Shown piece after piece: positions 12,801 to 27,800 of a DNA stretch of 47,783 bases. Where the stretch lies: positions 1 to 47,783 of the forward strand of contig NMRA01000869.1 of the NCBI GenBank assembly GCA_002633005.1, read 5' to 3'. The notes under the pieces were generated by a model. The model was not told the origin of the DNA, made no database searches, and worked only from the letters and a program-made list of their open reading frames with translations. The stretch comes from Phoronis australis (taxonomy: Eukaryota; Animalia; Phoronida). The translations under genes were made by a program, and so were the position numbers. How positions within the stretch are numbered: the stretch's first letter is position 1; every line of letters starts with the position of its first letter.

Positions 12801-15800
12801 GGTTGAATAAAGATTATTTAGTTGTGAACAACATTCACGACAACCAAATTCTATCGTCAAAATGACAGCTAGAGTGTACCTCGAGGATCTTCTTTATTTT
12901 TTTAATAGTTTCGTCGGTGATCTTGTTAAAAAACACGTTGCTCCCTTTTCCACAGACATCGTAAGCTGTTTCTCCTCTCTGAAAATTGACAAATGATTAG
13001 CAGTATTGAATTAAAGGCCACATGTAAAGCATCAGCAGGTACGCATAATGGGCAATTTTGTTGGCCATGTTTAACTTAGATTTCGGTTTGTCTCCATTTG
13101 CATTGGTTCAATATCATTATTTGAAGAAAGTTTTCAATCGAAACCTCTTCTGTTGCAGAGTTTCAGTAGTTATGCGTGTTCTTTATGCAGCATTTATTGT
13201 CTTTGTGGTACAAGAACGCCACTCAGTGTCAACAGTTTGTTTTATGAATTTGGCAACAATATCTTTTACACCTGTGTCTGGCAGCATAAACCAGGTGAGG
13301 TGATGAATCGTGTACTGAGTCACGGTGCTCTTAACCCTTGCTGTGGGCTTTGTCACTATGGCGGTTGGGTTGTCCACACATTTTTGTTTTTTGTCCAAAC
13401 ATTGACATCTACCCATGTTTGAACTCACAGGTATACATGTACTTACTGTACATTCGTAAACATCTGTGGAGACTTGGAAATGGCTTTAGACCGTTGTGAT
13501 TTTCTGTCAGTTTGCATATAATTCCAATTTCCTCCACCCAGCAGTAATAATCGATATCGTACGCAAACAAAGGCCCTTCATAATTTAAGATAGGCAGTGC
13601 ACAAATGCGTGTTTGTGTTCATAGGTAAAGGAAACCCGGAATATAATCGGTAGCAAGAGGGTCAAAATATAAAATCGTCCGCAATGGGATTTTATGCATT
13701 ATTTTTGAAACAGGTAATCAAAATATCGCAAAATTTATACAGTCCTTTTCCATTCTGGCCGGTACTTGGTCCACTAAATATTCATCACTTGGCAAAATGG
13801 CAGCCCCCAATAAATTACAATACATGTAGGTTGCCCTCTAGTCATCAATAAAAGTTCATTTTAATCCTAACTCACATTAGTGTAGAAAAGTGGACATGTT
13901 GAATTTTTGATAACATTCTTAAAATAAAGGAAATGATTAAGTACCAAACGGATTTGGCGATTCTATTAGGTTATGCATTTGGGATCATAAATTGTAACGC
14001 GATTAAACATTTCTATTGCAAAACATCTCCCAATAGCGATTATTCCGTTTTACGAGTTTACTAAGACTTTTAAAACTTTCCCATTCCTAGCAGAATACAT
14101 TCTTTTCAAACATGCTAGAGGATGCTATGTCCAAGATATCATCATCTCACAACTTGAAAACAATAAATTGTACTACTCACCACATTGTTGATATTTCAAC
14201 AAACTTGTCAAAGTTATCACAATACGGATTTCATTTCCAGTTGAAACGCACAAATTAATATTGACAATCATACCCGTCTCATCTTTTCTGGGGGTATCAA
14301 AGTTTTTGTCCAAACATTGGCTTTTTGGTGTGTTTTGATTTCCGTGGAATCGCTTGTCCAGCGGATTGTTTACCAAAGCGTTTGTTGCATCAGGCGTTTG
14401 ATGACCTGCATCGCAGTAGTACCTCCAAAAAGATGTTCTCGTGGGAGGTGAACTTAAATTATCGTCAGATTGAAACGTTTAAGGAATTTTTACCTTTGTG
14501 GCCAAGATCCCCCAACCATTGAGTTTCTTAGCAAGCAAATATACGATAATTAAGGATTGTCAATGCCATTTAGCCTATTTGGAGTTTTTTGAACATACAA
14601 ACCCATCACTAACTTTGTTGTAAAATCTGGACCGTGGAAAGTAAAACGACGAAAACTCTCCCAATAACTGAATTTTAAAGAAACCACACTTAAACTACTC
14701 TTTGATCTTTCGGTCTTTAATTATGTCATCAGGTATGTCGTCTACATCCACGTCTTATATAGTGGTCTTCAAGTTTAAAACGTTTTATTCCAGTCTACGA
14801 CAATAACGCGCTTTTAACCCAGTCCACCAATGATGTTTTCTCAACAAATTTTCCAAAAAGAAATTACATTATTCTTTGAATAGATGTTTTGGGTAAAAAT
14901 ATAGCGATAGCCTTGTCATCGGTTATTTGTCTACTTCATATAATACATATATAATATCTTATCGATTCCACTAAAGGCTAAACGTGGTTTTCACAGCGTC
15001 ACAGTCTCGGTTGTTTGCTGCTGCATGGCTTGTAATTTATACAAGACGGATACATCACAGATATATTTATATATTTCAACACGATCAACTATTGCTGTCG
15101 TTGTCGCTGTACATGTATTTTCTGATATGCGGGTCCACGGTTTCCATGAGATGCAACGCTTAACTTGTATTTTGTTATTTTCTATAAAGTGTCCATGTTT
15201 TACCTTACCTAGCAAACACAATCAGAACTCAAGGTACAATTCCTTATCGTTTGATTACAGTTTCCCGTTTCAGTGCAATGCCAGAAATCCTATTTTTAAG
15301 GCTAAATGTCCCTCGCTTTACATTAAATCAAATGCCTGAGAACAGATTCATGCGCACGCTTCCGTCGTCCTGCCAAGCGTTGTTAAAAGCAGTAGCTTAT
15401 AAATATATGCAATCCACTCACCACAGTGATGCATTCTAAAAAGCCCCAGAGTCTCAGAAACACTGTACCATAGCTAACAAACGTGTGCAATGATTCTCGT
15501 TGTTGTATACATACGGTCAATGCCAATGACGTCTCTCTAATCAATTAATACTTGCAGAAATGCATTTTCGGAACGATATTAATATTGTTCTTTAGACAGA
15601 AAAGAGAGGAAACACATTAGGAATACTTGCACTCTGTAGTTCTAGTTCATCTCCAATATCTCAGATACATTAATAAATAATCGAACACAACATATCTAAT
15701 AACCACTGCTCATTCAAGTGAACAATTTGGTCCACATACTGTGTTCTTTCAATCTCCAATTTTTTCGTTTTCTGATAAGGTTCCACATCACTTATTTATG

Positions 15801-18800
15801 TTGTAATTATGCTGTTTCATAAAGGAAATATTTGGACTGGTACGTTTCACCCAGGCACATTTAGTGAAGACCAATTAAAACTTGCCAAACAGGCACTACG
15901 AAAAAATAAGAATGATGAGAAAATGTGTTAGGTTTTCAACAAACTGACGAAATACATTCTCAAGCTCAAGTTTCTGCAACTCACGGATAAACTGATTGAC
16001 ACAACACGAAGGTGTGATTTGAACGAAAATAAAATATGGGGTGATATAGAAAGCGTGGTGCTGTGTTTCGGACAACTGAAATCACTAACAGTCAGAAACA
16101 AATCAGATCGCATATGTATACACGTTTTATAAGAATCTAAAACAGACCCTGGATTTAGAGTGGATCAGAAACGATCACTGTGCGCAAATTAGTCACACAG
16201 AGCTCTGCTTTTTCTGGGGTCTAACTTATGCAGACTTCTGGAACAGCGAAAACCGCACTTGTCTTTTCAAAAGGCTGGACTTTGACTAACTCACGCCCAA
16301 CATTACTCCACCACAGAATATATCAGACAAAACATGGCAGGAACTTATTACACAGTAGTGCAATTGCATTACAAACAAACCAAGAAATTACACGACTTTG
16401 AAATTTGGTTTTTAAAACAGTCGCTTTTTAAAGCAACCCTGACTAAAAAGTACTTGTAGGAAAATCAAAATGTGTGCCTGTGTTGGGCGCCTTCCTCCGT
16501 GGTTGGTCTGTTTTTAGTTTGTGTACCGATTGTACGATCAGACGAGCGGCCTTGGTTTCGCTGCGTGTTCCGGGAAGGTACTTGCATTGAAGAAGTGACT
16601 CTATGTAACTCCAGTAAAGAGGTAGATCAGTTTTAATGAGATATTTATTATGAGTGAACAATTCCTCGAAATCAATATTCATTTAAAACACATTTATTGC
16701 AGCATTAACTAAACTTGGAGTACAACACTCTTGAGATACCTTGTTTACGGCAGTCACGTCGCAGCTGCCATTATGGACCAGCAGTTCCACGACTGCTGCC
16801 TGTCCTGTCTGGGAAGCTAGATGTACGGGTGTGTTTCCATCCTACAGTAAACGAACAAATATGATAGAATGCTGGTCAGCATCATACATAGCAAAGTGGG
16901 TGCGTCAACAGAGAGTCACGCTTAACACCTTTCAGAACTTCGCCTTCAGTTGCATACTTACTGTATGAAGTGGGTGACTCAACAGAGCACGACTACAACT
17001 GACATTTAAACTCAGACAAAAATGAGCGCAATTTCCTAAATGCTGATCTGTTGTAGTCACGCGACTGAAAAGATGATTTTAAATATCACAATTTGATGTT
17101 ATATATTACAACAGAGCCACGATCATTTAGTGAGTGCTATGGTAATGCAAGTAAAGAACAAGTGCTCAATGTACAACTCCAGGTGAAGTGAAAACTGTTT
17201 CTAATAACATAATGTCACGAGCACGTCACGTCACGTGCGCGTCACTTCACGTGCCGTGAATTCAACGTTTACAAACAAAATTACAATTTGTGATTATTTA
17301 ATTAAAACACCCAATAATTCAACCTCGTCACGTATTGTGTGTTCATCAACCTGTGTGTCGTTAATTACCTGAGTACGGACATCCACTGTAGCGTTGTGTT
17401 CCACAAGACACTTCACTATCTGTGTATAACCACACCCTGCTGCACAGTGCAGCGGTGTCCGGCCCACCTATGTAATATATAATGGAGATGTGTGAACGAA
17501 CGATCAACGTTTAGAGCAAATTAACAAACACGGGGGAAAGTGAACTTGTAAGGTGACATAAATGAAACATTACTGACCTCTCTAAGACGCAACAATACGT
17601 GTAATGATTTCAACAGGGAAATGTTGAGTTTAAGAACAAAACAACAGAGCGTGTTCAGTGTTCCGTCTCGTTACACGCTGATAACACACAGCAAGTAATT
17701 GTGCGCTGTAAAGTGTTGGACAATCAAAATAACGTAGAAAATATATCTGAAACTAAATGAGGCGATCCAGATCGTCTGAAGGAAATTATTGTTTGACGAA
17801 ATGTAGAATATATATAGGTAAATAAAACAACAATAATGAATCAACTGAAATGTTCGGATGCAGCTTTGACAGTTCTCTGTTGGAAAGCAGACGACATTTA
17901 TTTTGACATTGTTTAAAGACATAAAATTGTGAAAAATATCAACAAAATTTGTTCTTCAACAGTTTTAATCATCTCTTGTGTAAACAACTAGTTCAACCAA
18001 ACAACCTGTGTGTCATTAATTACCTGAGTACGAACATCCACTGTAGCGTTGTGTTCCACAAGACACTTCACTGTCTGTGTATAACCACACCCTGCTGCAT
18101 AGTGCAGCGGTGTCCAGCCCCACTATGTAATATATAATGGAGATGTGTGAATGGACGATCAACGTTTAGAGCAAATTAACATACACAGGGAAAGCGAACT
18201 TGTAAGGTGACATAAATGAAACATTACTGACCCCTCTAAGACGCTACAATACTTGTAATGATCACTCAAATTTTACAGGTGATTTTAAAACCTTGAAGTA
18301 AGAACAGAACATGGTGTAGACGTCGACTGTCAGAAATTACTGAGCGCCTCCATAACTTCACAGTGACCCCTCCATGTTGTGTTTATACATCGGCTGAACG
18401 GCTTCCTGTTTAATATAAAGTTGCAATGTTGAATGGATGATTATCATTAAGAATATAAAAATATCAACGTTAAGTCGCCAAATATATTGTTGACACAATT
18501 CAAACCTCACTGTTTCTTAAGATGCATGTACCGGGTAGAGATTGAAAAATACATGTCTAAATCATGAGAAATAAAAAGTGTATTTACACACAACATGTTT
18601 AGTTAAATTTCAGGTAGTCTACAGCTTTGTAATAAAGATAACATTGTCTTAATTATAAAATCGTCTCAAGTAGTTTCTATTACCCAGTCTTGCTTGTTGA
18701 CGTTAGCGCCTGCTTCACACAAAACACGCGCCACCTCTGTATGTCCCCACCGTGCTGCATAGAGTAGTGCTGTGAAGTCCTGCAGAAACAATGAGCAAGT

Positions 18801-21800
18801 TATAGCAAACTTCACAATCATTAACTTGACCGTGAATCTTAATTACTCATCATGGAAACGTTGAAATAACACATTTGTACACAAAATTACTAAATCTACT
18901 CTCTGCTTACCAGTAATATATCAGTTGTCGTTGGAATGGATCATCAATTTTAGAGAACAAGATTACGTCGCTCATGTAGAACGTTTGTTAGTTTCAGTAA
19001 TAATCCTCAGAGCAAAGACATGACATGTTCTTTAAAAATATGGACACTTTTATAAAAGTCCGACTTACGACTGGTTGTAGCTAAGACAAGCTATCACTGT
19101 TATTGTCATTAACGTGACCTTGATATTTAAACTTAAAAATTCATCATCTTAAGAGATCAATTTTTCGAGAAATCAAGGCAAAAGTATTGTTAGTGTATAT
19201 GAAAACTGCAATTATATGGGTAAAGCTTACATGGTCGTCTGGTTTTCTTTAATTAGTAGGTCTACCCCAAACCAATCCCTGCTGGAGGCATGAATTGAAA
19301 AACATGGTCAAACTAATTTGTAATGTCCAGTTTCACTTTTTTCCTGATGTCCAAAATAATTTCTAACAAATTAAAGTCAGGAACAAACAGAAATAGAAGA
19401 GAGAAAATCAATATATGGTAAATTGGCCATTGGCATAGGATATTATCAAAACGCAACTGAAGTATGAAGTTTTTCATGGAAAAAATGCAGGGCAATCCTT
19501 GGTAAAGGGTCTGTTACTGGTCAGAAACACGGGCACACGGAACTAAACACTTTTCAACTTGTAAATGGCATCCAACAAAATGCCAGCAGGGAAAACGATC
19601 AGGAAAAGAATAAAGAGTTCTCTACAAATTAAACGCACGTTGAAACACATTTCACCAAAACCATTCTTCTTGTCAAGATTGCTGTTCAGAAATCCAATCA
19701 ATCATTTGTCTCCCATTTCGACGCAAACACAAATTGTTCTGCTATTCTTGAGACGACGTGGCAGCGGTCTGGCCAGGCCAAGCGTTGCTTTTAAAAAGAG
19801 CGCTTTTCCAGACAGTTTTCACGTGTACACGCGATAAATTGATACATTAGTCAGTTCTTGAATATATTTAAAGGGGCATTTAATAATCGCAAGGAACTAA
19901 TTAGAGAGAGCGTGACTAACCAAATAAAAGGTGTTGCAATTTTTTTTTGACTCTCGTTTGACCCTTTTACAATCAGACGTTCAAAATGGTGTTTCGGCGT
20001 TTATACAACTTTCTATATTGTAACTAAAAATTTGAGATTTCTGCTGATTTACTTTATTCAACATTTCGTTTCAGAATGGTGCGTAAAGAGGGGAATGTCA
20101 AAAATATATGGTCTCAGAGAACATGCAACGCTACAATCACGGCTGATTTGATGACAAGCAAACAAGGAATACAAAAATTCAACAACTTGAACAAAAGCCG
20201 CAATTTCAGGTTGCGTCTCAAATAGCCGACTGCCATTTGGATCCCACGGCCACTTGGACAAAACATAGAAAGAAATACGGATAGATAATGTGTACAATTG
20301 GAAAATATTGGGCGGTAGAACAATAGCAGTCACCACAAAAATAATAACATGTTGCACTGTCAAACAATTGAATACTAGAAAAATATCTAAATAAATCTTT
20401 AAAATTCCATTCTTTATATAAAATCACCCAGTAGTACAATGCGTCACGTGTACACCAATCCATCTATTAATAGAACAAAATCTGGAAATCAATAATTAGA
20501 CGTACACTGGCACGTCAAAACTGCACTACATTTCACTAAAATTTAAAAACTCGATACACGTTTGAGCAATAAAAATGTGGCCTGATTAAAATCAAGCAAG
20601 CGTCATTGCTATCATTTTAATTGTTTTGAGAAATATTTATTAAGCTCGCCGTATATTAGTGACGTTTAGAACAGAGCATCGAGATCATATAAAAAAATTA
20701 GGCCTACATGTAGGTCGCTTTCGCTTACACAGCAAGTGCAATTCCCAGACACGACTGTTCTTTGGTGACCTGCATTAAGGTGATATTCACTCGTAGCGAT
20801 TAATTTCATAATCCGCTTTCATCAACTGAATGCCCGTTAATCTTTTTGATACGGCAGGGCAACCATGACAAGAATGTTTCTATTTTAAAAATAAAATTAC
20901 ATCGTTACCGTTAACTAACTGCTATTATTGAATTCAGTCTCCACACGTCAGAATGATGCAATAATACTACTCTACACACCCAAACTCAAATGAAAGCTCA
21001 GGTTTTGGCCTCTCGTGTCAAGTCAAACTGTGCGACCTGGAATTTCAAGCATAATGCGTGCTGAGTTTGTGTCTCTACACTTCTCCCGACTGATACCTGG
21101 GAAATATGAAATAACTCATGTGGGTCCGACCACTAGTCAGTTGTTGCCAAAGCAAGTTCCAAGAACACTAACAGAGAACAAACCTATAGATGACTTGTCA
21201 TGTTGTGAACGGAATTGTATCTCGTGAACATGAAATAGTCCAGATTCTATCTTTGACTCGTTTCGTCGACAAGTATTTCTGACTTCGCAAATTTTCGGAT
21301 GTGCCGAAGAAAGCTCTGCACATCGGCAGAACAAGTTATAAAACGGTACGAAACAGTGATGTTTCCAATACCTCTGAAACGATCAACGTTTCAAGCGTTG
21401 TGGTGGAAAAACATATCAATTTTTCAAAATGTCCTGATTATCCAATTAAAATATCACAGGTCGTATCGCATTGCAACACTGCTCGATCAAGTTATTTGTG
21501 CGCACGGTCGAGGTCCCCGCAGAGGACCATTATTCGCAGTATTCGCGTACAGCAAGCGATTTTTTTGCTCCCCGGGTAGTCATCCGACTATAAGTACGTC
21601 ACTGACATTTACTGGTGTAAAACTCGCTTGGAAAGAATACTGTTCCGAGTGAAACGTAACCAAGAGAGAATTAGAAATATTGCGGGTGTCTAAAAAACTG
21701 AGGGTGTTAACGATATCCAGACATTCACGAATTGGTAGTTTCCGTAGCACAAAAAAAAAACATTTGAACAACGACCACACTCAAGTTTGCGCCTATTCCA

Positions 21801-24800
21801 TACCTTTGAATTTTTTCGGAACAAGCACCTACTGCTCCACTTATCGCAACCCTTAACTTTTGACGAACTTCAATAAAACGCCAACAGCTCTGGCAAGCGC
21901 CCAATCGTGATTTACCTCACTTAAATTGAATTTCAGAACTGCATGATGCGTTTAAAATGCGGCAACTGTATCAACGTTTCGAGTAGCAATGTATTATGTT
22001 TGCAGTTGTCAACGGAGATGTGGTATTCTGTAAGCGAGTGCGTGGTTTGAATTTGTCACTAACGCAGTCTACAGTGGGTCACAATCTCATTTTACTTAAC
22101 AACAAATTCCATTTCCAAAATAACCCGTCTTTTACGAAAGTTTAATAGCAAAACCCCACTTTTGTTTGCTGCTTCCGAAGGCGAAGTAACTTACGACAAG
22201 CATGCTGGGGTCACCTGTTGTTCTGAGTCTACCAATTCTGTGCATAATTATATGACACGTACACTGTATTCCGTGCTAAGGGAACAAACTCGAATTACCC
22301 GACTATGGAAAGCCGCAAGGTATGGGTATTATTTTGAAGCTGGTTATTCAATGGAAAACTAATAATTGAAAACGTAAACAGTATAAGCCAGATGACGTTT
22401 GTTGTGATAATTGATCTGAAAATGTCCCGATGATCAAACCCTTTGTTGATGCCATCTTAAGAAATTGAACCAAAAGTAATACAATTTCTGTCCCAAACCG
22501 ATAACATTGAATGCACATTACGACATTCGGCTAGGTATAACTTAAGCGGTTTTGTTTTTCGACAAGATAATTTTCAATCGTGTGAATCACAAAAATTGAA
22601 GAGCAAACAAAAGGAGGAATTTTGCACTCATAGTTACACTATACATGTATATCTTTGTTTCTTGTTTAAGGACTTTGATGACAGACATACTGCAGATCAA
22701 TAACAAAAGTGTCGTGAGTATATTTTCAAAGAATATGTTCAAGTTTACGTTCTATACTTGGTTACTGGAAAGCACATGACTGTTAGAGTGCACTGATTCA
22801 ACTTGTACCTAGGCTTGCGACAAGTATTTTTAACTCGCGAAAGAATATGCGACAGTACGGTAGATTTACAAAGCCCTTACGGGAACGTCATGCTGTACGG
22901 ATTTGATTTGCATTGCAACTCGCGCATCCAGGGCTTTCAATGCTTGTAGAGAAAACCAATTTCATCAAACATTAAGAACTCAATCTTGCGACCTAAAATT
23001 TGGGAATTTTACATGAACATCGCAGGTAAAAGCATAATGTAAACACTTTTTCGGTGACCTCAAATCAATTTGGTGCATGAATTTGTGGGCAATTTCTGCA
23101 AGCTAGAATTTGTGATAGCGGGCTATAATTTTGGTTTCAAAAGTCGCAAAAGTCAAATGTAAGGCGAGTTATTATTATTTTTGCTTCTGCCGTCACAAAA
23201 ATGTAAACTCTTGTCTAAGAACATAAATATTTCTTGGATAATGTCATTTCCTAAAAATATTGAACAAATGATAAAGTAAAAACAAGCAAAAACATTGCTT
23301 TTGCTCAAGCCCCCAAAGCAAACAACCCAGAGTATTTAACTTTCCCTTATTACTCGAGTATAAGGTCCTAATATTTATTGCTGTACTGTTAAGCACATAA
23401 TAATGTATACACGTGTACGGGTGCGAGTTGTACACATGCATGTATATTTAATCAATCAAGGTCAATCACAAGATGCAACAAAGCAACCAAAGCTATTATA
23501 AATAATCGCACACGACTGACTCAAAATATGACCATCGCTGCAAGTATAGGTGTAAGTTTATTGTATGTTTATAATTTAATCTACTTAAAATGTAATAATG
23601 ATATTTTGTATTGGCAAAACTGAGGAATGATACTTTTAAATTTTTGTTGAAGTGAGGAAAGTCTAGTTAAGCAACAAACAATATTGCACACTAATATTTT
23701 CTTAGAAGATTCCAAAGAGCCAAACTGATATAGAAGACCTGCGCCGGCAACGTTGCAACTACCCAAACATACGTGCATCATTTACGGTGATGTCATGGCA
23801 AATAGACAAACAACACAATGGACTACGCCAATTTGAGCAAACAATTGTAATAAATTTCTTAATCAGTGAGTCTCACTGAAAAAATTTCATTTGAGTATCT
23901 TGAACATATGTAATGCAATTATTAAATATTTTCTAGTTAACATTTTCACCAGTCACATTTTAAGCAGATTCCGCTTAGTTTTGAAAGGAGGTCAAGTGCA
24001 CCCTTTATCTTCAAATATCTGATAATATAAGATGATATTGGAAGTCCACGTAGAATCTGCTGATAATCAAACCGATCTTTTACTTTTAATACTGTAAATA
24101 CTTCGCTATAGTCGAGAAGTTTTCTTGAAGAATGAATCAAATCGACTACAATGTGGAAACGTTTTGACAACCACGTTTTGTATCACCCATATAAAATCAA
24201 ATAATAATAACAGTTGAAACTCCAACACACTACTGACTATAGACGCAAGATCAAAAAGTCCTTTCGAAATGTGTCTCTAATTTGAAGTTATACATATTAA
24301 TAATCATAAGCCTCAACGTTTAAACAGAAAAGTATTAGAGTACTTGTACGAGATCTAACATTTATTCAGCCCACAAGACTAGATCACAATTTTCCTTATA
24401 CAAGTACGATTTAAAGATTTTTTAAACAAATGCAATAATGGCCATCTTCAATCGAAGCATGTCGTAGACACGACTGATAACACCTTTCTAAGAAGAATCA
24501 GGCAAAGAACGGATACTTCGAAAAAAGACGCACCAACTTTGATATTAACAAAGCATAAAGTAATAAAATCTCTGGGTACTATAAGCAGCAATTTAGACCA
24601 AAAAGCAGTTGCATTATTAATACTGGAAATAATATCATTGTCAAGTTTTATATTTACCATTTATTTCAAGCTGGATGTGAAGCTAATATTTAACAAAAAA
24701 CAAATTCTTACTTCCGTGAGTTAATTTTACATTTTGACAAAACGTGTTAGAGGTTCGTCTAGAAATTTGCCTAACACAGATTTATTAAAATTAGGCTTCA

Positions 24801-27800
24801 AGTTTGAGAATTTTTTGCAGATTTGTCAATTAAGGGAAGTGATGAGAGTGAACTTCAAGAGCGTCTGAGAAGAACAGCAGTAGATACATAGCCTTGAACC
24901 TTCTAACTGTGTTTCAAATCACCGTTTAATAATGTCTCAGAAATTAATAACATTAAAAATAAATCAATCATTTCATCTTCGATTTGTACCAGTAGTCCAA
25001 GGATATCTTGTTCAACAAAGCAGTGAATAATGCCATTGCGATACAAAATGCGGCGTGAATTTTCTCCAATAAAACTTACACCAGAATAGAGTAGACCTTT
25101 TGAATATCAAAACTCGTTCTGCAACAACACCTGAGAGACATGTATTAGCAAAAGAGAGAACCACCAATTTTCAACTTATCGCGATGCACTTTTTAGGAGT
25201 AAGCATCGACATAGCTGATTCAGCGAGTCACTTGTTTTGCTAGCTAACAGTTCTCCTTTAACAAAAGAACCAATATTTTTCACGAAAAGTATTTATTGGA
25301 AATTCAACGTACGCAAGACTTCAGATTTTCCAAAACACCTCCTACTTCCTACAGAATTACTTCCTGTCCAATTTTTTGTCAACTTAATGTGATTTTGGAA
25401 CATGTACGATGGGGTTGCCTTGGCACCTGTCGAACACCCTTGGCTACGATAATGATTTTTTTAGGCCTATCTCAGACTGCAAAACTATCAATTGGTCAGC
25501 AGGATCACACAAATTAATGTAGCCTAGTAACAAGCTTCCACTGAACGCAAGCAAGCAAGCAAGCAAATAATGCTAAAAGCACACAATTTGTAATATAACA
25601 CACTGACAAAAATTACCTAAAGTAACCTTTTTTCAGTTCAATATCTCTCTCCCGCCAGTCAATGAATAAATACTGCAGTTCACCATTTCGACACAGATCT
25701 AAGGCCTATACGTTATGCAGTTCAGTTGCTTGAAACGACGAAGTGACGAATCGCGGTTTTAAAAACGGAGAGCTTGGCCGGCTGGCAGTTCTCACGTGCA
25801 CACGAGCTTTACCGATACACTTGCACGTGGCATTCATCAATCGCAAACAAATAAGATTGTGACTGTAGGTGTACATAAATAATGATATTATGTAATATTA
25901 ATTAAATACACTAAGAGTATTTCACATGAATACTACAAAATCCCAGCAGATAATGGCAAACAGAGTCATCGTGAATCTCAGATTCGGGGTTCAGAAGCGG
26001 ATCAAGGATACCATAAGGGGGCCCAACCTGTTGTCTCGGGGTATTGGGCAAGGTGCGATTGTATGTACAGCGCAGGACCGAAGTTGCGGGAGCCGAGTAT
26101 GTGGACCTTCTGTTCGGAAAATCTACCGATGGACTAAAAACAAAGAGAAAAAACAGGAGCCCCGCCATCTGGGGCAATATTTCCTCGCGCTGCACGTTGT
26201 TGCTGTTCTATTTTTGATTACAGCAGCCAAGGGGGGGGGGGGGACTCCTGCCCTCTCCTAAATCCGTCTAATTGATGAGCAGATGTGAGGAACCTCGGAA
26301 ACGTTAGTGCACTGCAGTTGCAATGAAGAAAGATTTGTGGACGGATTTTCAGATTCATTTCAGGATATGATAAAATTCTCTCTCATGTTTTTACCAATCA
26401 AACGGAAATCAGAAAAATTCTCCGCTCCACCGTAGCTGACTTAGTCGTTACACTAAATGAACGCCTATAAATTTTGCATTTTACATTTAAGTGACGGTCA
26501 CGTTTGCAAGCGTCTATGTTTTCTACACACTGTTCGACATTTCAACTAAATCAACACAATGTTACTATTTTTCCAGGTGTAATGTTTGCACAATTGTCAT
26601 TGCAAAAGTGGTTTATGGTGAAACTTATATTTTCCGAACAATCCTCCAAGCAGCGTTTGTTTACACTTATATATTCAATGTTTAAGTTGATTTTGTAATC
26701 AAATTAGTTGGTCTATATCATGAGCTGAAACTTGTGAATTTTGGATGAGTTATTCAACATCGTGAAAAGTGGTAGCAATTTGATTTATTCCATGTACGTA
26801 TCCTGTCCCTTTTACGTCCAGCAAAACACACAGCCAAACACTTATATTGACGACAACGTCACTAACACTGCTGTCTCATCAGTTGCTAGTACGAATTTCG
26901 AAATCCTGAGGGAACATACCCGTACTCAACTAAAATGCTCGTGCGCAGACACAAACCTTGGTCAGTTCCGTAGCCAGGGGGGGTTCGAGGGGTTCGAACA
27001 ACCCCCCCCCGTCCTCGGAAAAGGTCCAGCTCCAACCTATCTGCTAAAGATATATATGAGCCGACGGTAAGTTAACTGTAGCCAGCCCTCCGCCGTTGAT
27101 CAAACACCAAAATTTAACTATAACCGTGTTTGCTTGTTCTGAGAAATTTAGGGACAACATCTGGGGTACGGGTCCAGGCTGCGGCGACCAACGGTTTTAA
27201 ATTTAAGAAGACTGAATAGGTCTCACTGATTGTGTGAAGACTGGCAGGGACAGGGTAGCCTAATAACTACATTTAATTTCGAACTGCCGTGAGCGTGGTT
27301 CCGGTGGGTGAGGTTCAGGAACAGCAGAACTAAACTTTTCAGTCACGCTGTGAAATAATGCGACCTTGATATGAATTTGATGAATGTATCATGGTGAAAA
27401 ATTCATCAATATTCCCACACCAAATTGGTTAAAATGCAATAAAGTTAACACGGAAAATATAACTAGATAAAAAGTTTCGTTAAGTGAATCTCCGACTAAA
27501 TACTTCTGTCCTAGAAGGTGTAATCACTGATTTGAAAATTTGGCAGAAATGGACGAGGGGACCGTTTTTGATCACATTACATCCGACGTGGAGTCCCGTT
27601 CTTTGCAAGCAACCGCCATGGCCTCGCTGGTTCCCTGTGGCACGTTGGGAACCACGGTGCCGCCACGGCATCCTCATCTCTGGTATAACTAATTCCGTCT
27701 CATCTCGAAAACACAAACTGAGAGTCAACGTTGTGTATACAAATTTCCCTTCCCCTGATTAAGCTGCGTCAATTGAGGGCCTTAATCAAAACTCCACAGT

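Larger units (their letters stand above)
17347..18262. repeat. Direct duplication of about 260 bp (17347-17608 and 18002-18262) carrying an ankyrin exon plus flanking intron
   Basis: Near-identical sequence at an offset of 654-655 bp, including about 140 bp of intron. Confidence 0.95.

Noticed and set aside
13447-13503. Extra 57-nt exon between exons 6 and 7
   Set aside because: It has AG/GT boundaries but a stop codon in the phase-0 frame required by its neighbours, and exons 6 and 7 join cleanly without it.
21299-21652. Overlapping ORFs of 92-117 aa in intron 2
   Set aside because: No domain similarity was recognised; treated as spurious, like most of the ORF track.
22195-22245. Alternative first exon MHRIGRLRTTGDPSMLV with a phase-0 gtaagt donor
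   Set aside because: It is frame-compatible with exon 3, but the start context is poor and there is no domain support. Exons at 42240 and 31801 give a coherent ankyrin N-cap instead.
27618-27682. First exon of a nested plus-strand gene (accgccATGG, MASLVPCGTLG...)
   Set aside because: It lies inside a probable transposon remnant, the donor is weak, and no downstream exons were found.
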